The translations under genes and the position numbers were made by a program. From positions 900,001 through 932,000 of the forward strand of contig NZ_CP080507.1 in assembly GCF_019464535.1 (NCBI RefSeq): 32,000 nt of DNA, in the 5' to 3' direction. Below, piece by piece: positions 23,907 through 32,000 of this stretch. Within the stretch, counting starts at the first letter, position 1. Each line of letters opens with the position of its first letter. The notes under the pieces are model-generated. The model was not told the DNA's origin, did not search any database, and saw only the letters and a program-made list of their open reading frames with translations. Origin of the DNA: Horticoccus luteus. Its GTDB lineage: Bacteria; Verrucomicrobiota; Verrucomicrobiia; Opitutales; Opitutaceae.

Positions 23907-24743
23907 ATGGGGGCGCGGGACGGATTTGCGTTGGCAGGGGCGGGTGCTCAATTTCCGGGCGTGAAACTGGACCCGATTCAAGCGGCGTCGGCGGCGCAAT
24001 TCGACCGGCGGAGTCATCGTTACGGCAAGGGGCACATCCTCGAGCAGACGGCGGATATCGAGGGGGCGTTGCGACACGTGGAGCTGCCGGCGGGGGCGCG
24101 GGCGCTGGATGTGGCGACGGGGGGCGGGCACACGGGTTTGCTGCTGGCGGTGCGAGGGTATCGCGTGACGCTGGGGGATATTTCGACGAACATGCTGACG
24201 CGGGCGGCGGCGCTCGCGGCGGAGCGCGGGTTGAAGGTCGAGACGCGGGAATTCGCGGCGGAGGCGATGCCCTTTGGGGAGGGGGAATTCGACTTGGTGA
24301 CGTGTCGCGTGGCGCCGCACCATTTCAGCGATGCGCGGGGATTCGTGCGCGAGGTGGCGCGAGTGTTGAAGCGGGGCGGCTCTTTTTTGTTGATCGATGG
24401 AAGCATCGAGGATGGCAAACCAGAGGCGGAGGCGTGGCTGCACAACGTGGAGAAGTGGCGCGATCCGAGTCACCATCGGTTGTGGTCGCAACGCACGTGG
24501 GAAACGTGGTGTGCGGAGTCGGGCCTGGCGGTGAAAAGCAGCGAACTGCAACCGATGCTGCAGCCGGATTTGGAGTGGTATTTCGAGACGGCGGCGACCT
24601 CGCCGGAGAATCGCGCGAAGGTGCTCGAAGCCGTGCGCACGGCGCCGGAAGAGGCGCGGGCGTTGTTGAGGATCAGCGAGGCGGCGGACGGGAAAATTTC
24701 GTGGTGGTGGCAGCGGCTCGTGCTGGTGGCGCAGAAAGGGTGA
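23907..24743 (+). CDS. Class I SAM-dependent methyltransferase (Methyltransf_11-like)
   Basis: 278-aa ORF. ATG 23907 is preceded by GGAGGAGG. Motif I ALDVATGGGHTGL, acidic loop VTLGDIS, post-I/II FDLVTCRVAPHHF, VLKRGGSFLLID. Confidence 0.8.
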   Translation: MGARDGFALAGAGAQFPGVKLDPIQAASAAQFDRRSHRYGKGHILEQTADIEGALRHVELPAGARALDVATGGGHTGLLLAVRGYRVTLGDISTNMLTRAAALAAERGLKVETREFAAEAMPFGEGEFDLVTCRVAPHHFSDARGFVREVARVLKRGGSFLLIDGSIEDGKPEAEAWLHNVEKWRDPSHHRLWSQRTWETWCAESGLAVKSSELQPMLQPDLEWYFETAATSPENRAKVLEAVRTAPEEARALLRISEAADGKISWWWQRLVLVAQKG

Positions 24744-24768
24744 GGTCGAGATTCGGGGGCGCGCGAGG

Positions 24769-24799
24769 TGCGGGGTGAGGTCACCCCGCACACACACGG
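24769..24799. repeat. REP-like palindromic element, copy B (perfect 10-bp arms TGCGGGGTGA-gg-TCACCCCGCA)
   Basis: tgcGGGGTGAGGTCACCCCgcacacacacgga, 26 nt downstream of the methyltransferase stop. Confidence 0.7.
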
Positions 24800-24817
24800 A
24801 GGAGGAAAAGCGCGAAA

Positions 24818-24850
24818 TGCGGGGTGAGGACACTCCGCCCACACTACAGA
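24818..24850. repeat. REP-like element, copy C (degenerate)
   Basis: tgcGGGGTGAGGacACtCCgcccacactacaga. It shares its head with copy B and its tail (ctacaga) with copy A. It ends 36 nt downstream of the stop of the minus-strand NERD gene. Confidence 0.6.
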
Positions 24851-24885
24851 AAGGCGCAGAGCGGCGGAGTGACGGGCGCGACGGG

Positions 24886-25746
24886 TTAGAATTCTACGTC
24901 GCGGCAGCGGTGTTCGAGTTGGCGGGCGATGGTTTCGATTTGCGCGTGATTTAACGTGACCGGGGCGCGGCGGACGAAGGGCGGGATTTCGGCGGTGCCG
25001 AGGACGTGGACGTCGCTCGCGGCGGCAGAGGCGACGTTCCAGCCGGGGAACGTGAGAATCGCGAAGGGCGGGACGGTTTCGCCGGCGGCGGTGCGGATCC
25101 ATTGGCCGAGCCAGGCGGCGCGCTGGCGGGCTTGATCGAGGCCGAAGGTGTCGTTGCCCCACGGAAAGATGAGTTGGTCGCCGTCGAAGACGATTTCATC
25201 GGGGCGACGGTTGGCGAGGGCGCGGCCGGCGCGGCGGGTTTTCGTTTCGATGGCGAACACGCCGGTCGGGCCGACGACGACGTGATCGAGATTGAAGGCC
25301 CCGGCGGGCACATCGTGAAACACGCGGCAGCCGGCGGCGACGAGGGGTGCGAGGTTTTCGGCGACGATTTTTTCGCCGAGGAGGCCGAGGTGGCAGTCGC
25401 GGCGGAGGGTGATTTTTTGCATCATCCAGCGGCCGGTGAGAAAGAGCGTGCCGAGGAACAGGAGGAAGGCGGCGGCGAAGGTGGCGTCGCGAGCGCGGCC
25501 GTCGAGTTGCAGCGCGAGCATGAGGCCGCCGAGGAAAACGGTCATGGGGAGAAACGCGGCGGCGAAGACGTGGCGGAGGAGGGCGTCGTCGAGTTTTTGG
25601 AGGCGCCAGCGGAGGGATTCGCCGGGGCCGCGGAGGAGCGTGGGCGTGGCGGGCGGGCGTTCGCTGCGGCGGTTGACGCGCCAGAACCAGAGGGCGCTGG
25701 CGCAAAGCACGTAGGCGGCGAGGTAGAGCGCGAGGACGAGGAGCAT
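24886..25746 (-). CDS. Membrane-anchored NERD (nuclease-related) domain protein
   Basis: ORF 24886..25830 (TTG). ATG 25746 gives MLLVLALYLAAYVLCASALWFW plus two further hydrophobic helices. Then the NERD-like GEKIVAENLAPLVAAGCRVFHDV.....NLDHVVVGPTGVFAIETKT. Confidence 0.8.
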   Translation of the reverse strand: MLLVLALYLAAYVLCASALWFWRVNRRSERPPATPTLLRGPGESLRWRLQKLDDALLRHVFAAAFLPMTVFLGGLMLALQLDGRARDATFAAAFLLFLGTLFLTGRWMMQKITLRRDCHLGLLGEKIVAENLAPLVAAGCRVFHDVPAGAFNLDHVVVGPTGVFAIETKTRRAGRALANRRPDEIVFDGDQLIFPWGNDTFGLDQARQRAAWLGQWIRTAAGETVPPFAILTFPGWNVASAAASDVHVLGTAEIPPFVRRAPVTLNHAQIETIARQLEHRCRDVEF

Positions 25747-25790
25747 GCGGAGAAAGCGAGTCTGGCGCGAGCGTGCGACGGACGGGGAAA

Positions 25791-25818
25791 AGCTCCAAGC
25801 TCCAACGTCCAAGCTCCA
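25791..25818. repeat. Heptanucleotide tandem repeat (AGCTCCA AGCTCCA ACGTCCA AGCTCCA)
   Basis: Read directly from the sequence. It lies 45-72 nt upstream of ATG 25746 of the NERD gene (TGGAGCT-type units on the coding strand). Confidence 0.85.
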
Positions 25819-25971
25819 GAGAAACTTCAAGCAGGCGGCGCGGGCGCGCGCTGATTTTGGCGGCGGAGGCGGGCGCGCAGAACCTCCGAACGCCGACCGA
25901 TGGGGAAATGTCGGCTGGAGCGGACTGAGAGGGCGTCGGCGCGTGGCGGGCGCGCGGGTGACGCGGAGATT

Positions 25972-27741
25972 TTAGGAGACGGGGGTGAGGCGGATTTCGA
26001 CGAATTGCATGCCGCCGTCGGAGAAGAGCGTTTTGTTTTTCTTCGGGAGCTTCAGGCGCGTGGCTTGGAGTCGCAGCGTGTGGCGGCCGGAGTTGGCGAA
26101 GTTGAACCGGCCGAAGGAGGTGGCGATTTGCGGATAATAGGCGGAGCGGAGACTCGGCAGAATCGCGTCGGACGTGGTTTTGTGACGGAGCGTCTGGCCG
26201 TCGGCGGTGAGGCGGAGGGTGTGGCCGCCGCTCCAGGGTTCGAGGTGTTGATGGGTGGTGACCACGTTCACCTCGTAGGCGCCGGGGCGCAGGAGCGTGA
26301 AATCCCACTCGAGCCAGTCGTCGGTGGAGCGCCAGTTTTCGGTGAGGCCGTTGCCGCCGATGCGACCGGTGGGTGCGGTGGCGTCGGTGCCGAGGCGGGC
26401 CATGCCGGTGATGAGGGTGACGGTGGCGTCGGGTTGCTGGAGGGGTTGCGGTTCGACGTCGGGTGCGGCGGCGAGGTCGAGGGCGACGACGGTGACGGGG
26501 GCGCGGAAACGCAGGCCGGTAAAATCGATTGCGAGGATGGGCAGGCCGGTGGCGGCGTCGGTGGTCTGGCGCGTGGCGAAGGCGCGGCGGGCGTCACCGA
26601 GGGCGCGGGCGGTGCGCACGCGGGTGCGGAGGCCGTGGAGATGGAAAATTTTCGGCGGGGCGGAGAAGAAGTGAAGGAAGAGGCGGCGGCCTTTCGTGGT
26701 GATGCGGCCCCAGGAGAATTCGTTGCGGAAAGGACTGGGCGAGGTGCCGTAAATGGCATCGCCGTTGCGCTCGAGCCAGGCGCCGACGGCGCGGAGGCGC
26801 TGGACGCTGGGTGCGGGGACGACGCCGTCGGCATCGGGTCCGATGTTGAGCAGATAGTTGGCGCCCTTGCTGACGAGGTCGACGAGCGTGGTGATCAGAT
26901 TCTCGGCGGACTTCCACTCGTGGTCGTGGGTCTTGAAGCCCCACGTGTGGTTGAGGGTGGCGCAGGTTTCCCAGTCGCCTTCGAGGCGGCCGGGCGGGAG
27001 GAAGTTGTCGCGGGGGAGATTATAATCGCCGAGGCCGTGGCCGATGCGTCCGGACACGAGGCAGCGCGGCTGAAGTTTTTTGACGAAGCGGCGGATGGAG
27101 GCGCTTTGGGCTTTGGTAAGGGTGAGGGGCGTATCGAACCAGATCATGCCCACGGGGCCGTAGCGGGTGAGGAGTTCGCGGAGCTGGGGTTTTACTTTTT
27201 CGCGGAGGTAGCGCGCGGGGTTTTTCGCGGCGGCGGGGTAGTCCCAGTCGTTCCATGCGCCGTCGGGATGGTGCCAGTCGAGGTCTTGCGAATAGTAGAA
27301 GCAGAGGCGCACGCCCTGGCGGCGGCATTCGCGGGCGAGGTCGACCATCGGATCGTGGTGCCACGGGGTGGCGTCGACGACGTTGTAGCGGTTGACCGAC
27401 GTGCGATACATCGCGAACCCGTCGTGGTGTTTCGCGGTGATGACGAGGTAGCGCATGCCGGCTTGTTTTGCGAGGCGGACCCAGGCGGCGGCGTCGAAGT
27501 GGCGGGGGTGAAATTGCGCGGCGAGCGCGGCGTAGGTGGCGACGGGGATCTTCTCGCGAAACATCATCCACTCGCCGATGTAGGGCACGCGTTGGCCCTG
27601 CCAGACGCCGGCGGGAATCGCGTAGAGGCCCCAGTGGATGAACATCCCGAAGCGGGACTCGCGCCACCAGCGAAGCGGATCGTTTTGGGGCGCGGGGCGG
27701 CGGGTGGGTTGCTTGACGGCGGAGATATCGACAGCACGCAT
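25972..27741 (-). CDS. Alpha-L-fucosidase (GH29) with C-terminal beta-rich (carbohydrate-binding-like) domain
   Basis: 589-aa ORF, ATG 27741. WWRESRFGMFIHWGLYA, AKQAGMRYLVITAKHHDGFAMY, YGPVGMIWFDT, GANYLLNIGP..DG. Confidence 0.9.
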   Translation of the reverse strand: MRAVDISAVKQPTRRPAPQNDPLRWWRESRFGMFIHWGLYAIPAGVWQGQRVPYIGEWMMFREKIPVATYAALAAQFHPRHFDAAAWVRLAKQAGMRYLVITAKHHDGFAMYRTSVNRYNVVDATPWHHDPMVDLARECRRQGVRLCFYYSQDLDWHHPDGAWNDWDYPAAAKNPARYLREKVKPQLRELLTRYGPVGMIWFDTPLTLTKAQSASIRRFVKKLQPRCLVSGRIGHGLGDYNLPRDNFLPPGRLEGDWETCATLNHTWGFKTHDHEWKSAENLITTLVDLVSKGANYLLNIGPDADGVVPAPSVQRLRAVGAWLERNGDAIYGTSPSPFRNEFSWGRITTKGRRLFLHFFSAPPKIFHLHGLRTRVRTARALGDARRAFATRQTTDAATGLPILAIDFTGLRFRAPVTVVALDLAAAPDVEPQPLQQPDATVTLITGMARLGTDATAPTGRIGGNGLTENWRSTDDWLEWDFTLLRPGAYEVNVVTTHQHLEPWSGGHTLRLTADGQTLRHKTTSDAILPSLRSAYYPQIATSFGRFNFANSGRHTLRLQATRLKLPKKNKTLFSDGGMQFVEIRLTPVS

Positions 27742-27847
27742 GGGCGAGGAGTGTTGAATCCACTAATGGCCGCGAATCGACCTTAATGGCGGAGAATTTT
27801 CGGTGGCGCGCGACGCCGGTCACGCGCGTCGGCGAGGGGCGGCGGAA

Positions 27848-29542
<1,695 letters not shown>

Positions 29543-29605
29543 GCGGCAGAAGGCCGCACGGTGCGCGGGCCGAGCGCAGAGAGAACCGCACTTAGGGCGT
29601 CGCGG

Positions 29606-31570
29606 TCAAGCGGGCGAAAGGGCGAGCGGCGGCATCGGGCAGTCGAGGACGGCGGAGACGGCGCGGAGGAGCTCGGCTTCGGAGGCGCGGAGGACGCCAT
29701 CGGCGGTGGCACTGGCGGCGCAGGCGGTGAGGAGGCGGTGTTTGATGGGGCCGCTGGCGGTGGCGAGGCGTTCGAGCGCGGTGTCGAGTTGGGGCAGTTC
29801 GCAGGCGTTGGAAGGAAGGAGGGAAAGCCGGTCTGCGATGAGTTTAAGCTGGCCGGCGCCGGTGGCGAAGGCGCGCGCGATGGCGGTTTCATCGTCGCTG
29901 GAGGCGCGCGCGAGAGCGGAGAGGACGACGTTAAGGTCGGGGGCGACCGCTTCGAAGGAGAAGATTTGCTCACCGGGCGCGGTGGTGGGCGCACGACCGA
30001 GCTTGAGGGCGCGTTGGACGAGCTTTTGCAACGCGAACTCGAAGGAAGTGACGCGTTGGTCGGCGAGGACGAGGGCGTCGAGCGTTTCGAGGAGCGCGGC
30101 GACGCGGGGCGCGGGGAGATCGCGCAGGGTGGGTGCGGCGATCTGGATGAGGGGGAGTTTTTGCTCGACCGAAAGCGCGGTGATGTCGGAAGCGAGGGCG
30201 TCGATTTCGCGGAGCGTGTCGGGACCGAGGTGCGTGGCGATGAGCTGGCGTTGCTGTGCGGCGGAGGCGGGTGCCGGATCGAGGAGGAGCGCGCACACGA
30301 GGGCGGCGGCACCATTGGGCGTGCGAGCGGCGGTGCGCAGGCCGGCCGGGAGTGAGTTGAGGAGGGTTTGGGCGTCGGCCACGAGGGCGGCGTTGAGGGT
30401 GCCGATGCTGGCGACGATCGCGGCGGGCGAGAGCGGGCCGGGAATGACGGGAGGCAGGGGCGCGGGGGAACGATGGCCGAGGCCGGCGGAGGCGAAGGAC
30501 TCAGTGCGGACATCGACGACTTCGGGCGCGGGGGAGTATTGGCCGTCGAAGGCGGGATCGATCGCGCGGATGCGTTCGGAGAGCGGCGGGTGCGTGGCCC
30601 AGAGTCCGCCGAAACTGGAGCGGAAGGCTTGGGCGAAAAAGAAGTGCCCGATCTCGGCGCTCTTGGTGGTGTCGAGTTTGGAACCGAGCGCGAGGCCGCC
30701 GATTTTTTTGAGGGCACCGGTGAGGCCGGCTGGGTTGCGGGTGAACTGGACGGAGGAGGCGTCGGCGAGGAATTCGCGTTGGCGGGAGACGGCGGCCTGG
30801 ATGAGGCGGCCGAAGAAGTAGCCGATGTAGCCGATGATGAAGAGGGCGATGCCGATCACGAAAATCACGGCGATGCCGCCACCGCTTTTGCTTTCGCGGG
30901 AGGAGCGGACGCGGGTGTAGCGGAGGCTGGCGATCACGCCGCGGCCGAGCAGGCCGATGACGAGGATGCCGAAGACGAAGGCGGCGAGGCGGACGTTGAG
31001 CCGCATGTCGCCGTTGAGGATGTGGCTGAATTCGTGGCCGACGACGCCTTGCAGTTCGTCGCGCGTGAGGCGTTGCAACGTGCCGCGGGTGACGGCGACG
31101 ACGGCATCGCTGGTGGTGTGGCCGGCGGCGAAGGCGTTGATGGCGGCTTCGTCGTCGAGCACGTAGGCGGCGGGCACGGGGACGCCGGACGCGATGGCCA
31201 TTTCCTCGACGACGTTGAGAAAGCGGCGTTCGGCGGGGTCGGTGGTGTGCGGATCGACGCGCCGGCCGCCGACGTTTTCCGCCACCGCGGATCCGCCGGC
31301 GGAGAATTGCGACCATTTATACCCGGCGGCGAGCGCGACGACGACGAGGGTGCCAAGGGCGACGCCCACGAGGAGTTGAGGCTGCCACCAATCGGGGAGT
31401 GGAGCGACGTAATCGCCGTAAGGGTCGGATTGGCGGGCGTGCTGCGCGCCGAGAACGAAGAGGCCGACGGCGTATTCCGCGACGACGGTGCCGATGACGG
31501 CGAGGGCGAACAGGACGAGCAGGCGCGAGGTGCGCTTTTTCGCGCGGGCTTGGGCGGCGAAGAAGTCCAT
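29606..31570 (-). CDS. M48-family zinc metallopeptidase (HtpX-like) with ~310-aa C-terminal helical extension
   Basis: ORF 29606..31582 (TTG). ATG 31570 gives MDFFAAQARAKKRTSRLLVLFALAV. HEFSH zinc motif (31036..31022), downstream REFLADASS, HPPLSERI. The remaining C-terminal half is Ala/Leu-rich with no motif I recognise. Confidence 0.9.
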   Translation of the reverse strand: MDFFAAQARAKKRTSRLLVLFALAVIGTVVAEYAVGLFVLGAQHARQSDPYGDYVAPLPDWWQPQLLVGVALGTLVVVALAAGYKWSQFSAGGSAVAENVGGRRVDPHTTDPAERRFLNVVEEMAIASGVPVPAAYVLDDEAAINAFAAGHTTSDAVVAVTRGTLQRLTRDELQGVVGHEFSHILNGDMRLNVRLAAFVFGILVIGLLGRGVIASLRYTRVRSSRESKSGGGIAVIFVIGIALFIIGYIGYFFGRLIQAAVSRQREFLADASSVQFTRNPAGLTGALKKIGGLALGSKLDTTKSAEIGHFFFAQAFRSSFGGLWATHPPLSERIRAIDPAFDGQYSPAPEVVDVRTESFASAGLGHRSPAPLPPVIPGPLSPAAIVASIGTLNAALVADAQTLLNSLPAGLRTAARTPNGAAALVCALLLDPAPASAAQQRQLIATHLGPDTLREIDALASDITALSVEQKLPLIQIAAPTLRDLPAPRVAALLETLDALVLADQRVTSFEFALQKLVQRALKLGRAPTTAPGEQIFSFEAVAPDLNVVLSALARASSDDETAIARAFATGAGQLKLIADRLSLLPSNACELPQLDTALERLATASGPIKHRLLTACAASATADGVLRASEAELLRAVSAVLDCPMPPLALSPA

Positions 31571-31601
31571 CGAGCAGGGCAACGAGAGGCGGGTGGGCCG
31601 G

Positions 31602-31802
31602 TCAACGCGCGCCGGAGCGCGGTGGACTTGGGTGCGGTTCGCAGGCGACGAGAATCAAGGTGGCGATCAGTGCGCGCAGGATACTCGCGAAAAACCCGTT
31701 GAGGCCACGGCGGTGCTTGCTTGGCGGCCGGCCAGCGAAGATCGAAGCGAGGGTGGCCCAGCCGACGAAGAATTGCGGTTGCTGCGCGACGGGTGCGGAC
31801 AC
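31602..31802 (-). CDS. Possible small two-helix membrane protein (hypothetical)
   Basis: 66-codon GTG ORF that exactly fills the lemA-M48 gap: 15 nt after the lemA stop and 31 nt before the M48 ATG. Third positions are mostly G/C. Two hydrophobic segments (FFVGWATLASIFAG, FFASILRALIATLILVAC). No homology recognised and no SD sequence. Confidence 0.3.
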   Translation of the reverse strand: MSAPVAQQPQFFVGWATLASIFAGRPPSKHRRGLNGFFASILRALIATLILVACEPHPSPPRSGAR

Positions 31803-31815
31803 GGCAGGGAGCGGC

Positions 31816-32000
31816 TCAGGTAAATTGCACCTTCGGGGCGACGCGTTCGGCGGGGTCTTCGACTTTGAAAAGTTCGGCGGGTTGGAAGCCCATCATGCCG
31901 GAGAACGCGACGGCGGGAAACGTTTCGCGGGCGGTATTGTAGGACATGACGCTGTCGTTGTAGGCCTGCCGAGCGAACGCGATTTTGTTCTCGGTGGACG
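31816..32000 (-). CDS. lemA: LemA family protein (C-terminal part; gene continues beyond the window)
   Basis: Not in the ORF track because it is open at the window edge. The reverse-strand translation reads ...STENKIAFARQAYNDSVMSYNTARETFPAVAFSGMMGFQPAELFKVEDPAERVAPKVQFT, stop TGA at 31818..31816. This is a typical LemA C-terminus, and lemA is commonly paired with a membrane M48 peptidase. Confidence 0.8.
   Translation of the reverse strand, partial: STENKIAFARQAYNDSVMSYNTARETFPAVAFSGMMGFQPAELFKVEDPAERVAPKVQFT

Noticed and set aside
24817-24954. 45-codon plus-strand ORF (MRGEDTPPTLQKG...) preceded by GGAGGAGG.
   Set aside because: Its start lies inside REP-like copy C and its 3' half is antisense to the NERD gene end. 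It is most likely a fortuitous ORF generated by the repeat.
25900-27786. 628-aa plus-strand ORF and the 370-aa minus-strand ORF 25196..26308.
   Set aside because: The first is antisense to the GH29 fucosidase gene. The second is an out-of-frame R/P-rich shadow spanning the NERD gene, an intergenic region and the fucosidase 3' end. Neither has any domain signature.

Overview
High-GC, densely coding chromosomal segment. It is most consistent with a Verrucomicrobiota (Opitutaceae-like) genome; this is an inference from three PEP-CTERM-tagged secreted proteins, two of which are large autotransporter-associated beta-strand-repeat (PATR) proteins. All calls come from reading the ORF translations and the DNA by eye; no HMM or BLAST search was possible. 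The ORF track uses ATG, GTG and TTG starts and reports the longest ORF, so several starts were trimmed after checking codons in the DNA. I support 23 protein-coding genes, one of them partial at the 3' edge and one a doubtful small ORF. I saw no rRNA, tRNA, CRISPR array, transposase or integrase. Housekeeping or recognisable genes: msrA (lipoprotein-type), hslO, pnuC plus an NadR-type ribosylnicotinamide-kinase-only ATPase, ybdG/mscM, tcdA, a tatD-family hydrolase, sufE, a SAM methyltransferase, a GH29 fucosidase, a GAF hybrid histidine kinase, an M48 peptidase and lemA. The most unusual content is a same-strand cluster at 754-8909: a fatty-acid-hydroxylase::hemolysin-III/PAQR fusion, a LuxR-type regulator, a PATR/PEP-CTERM surface protein, and a 1262-aa PAP2_3::polytopic::spermidine-synthase-like fusion that overlaps or abuts it. 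I read this as a candidate undescribed envelope/lipid-remodelling module. Other observations: (1) a conserved 27-28 bp palindrome (CCCCACACGTGGGG core) with identical spacing to a -10-like hexamer upstream of both PATR paralogs; (2) a REP-like palindromic repeat family (GGGGTGAGGTCACCCC) 20-40 nt downstream of three stop codons; (3) a heptamer microsatellite upstream of a membrane-anchored NERD gene; (4) an unusually long purine-rich leader with tandem 18-nt repeats upstream of pnuC; (5) nested tandem duplications inside the 1471-aa PATR gene. The many long ORFs antisense to or out of frame with real genes are high-GC artefacts.
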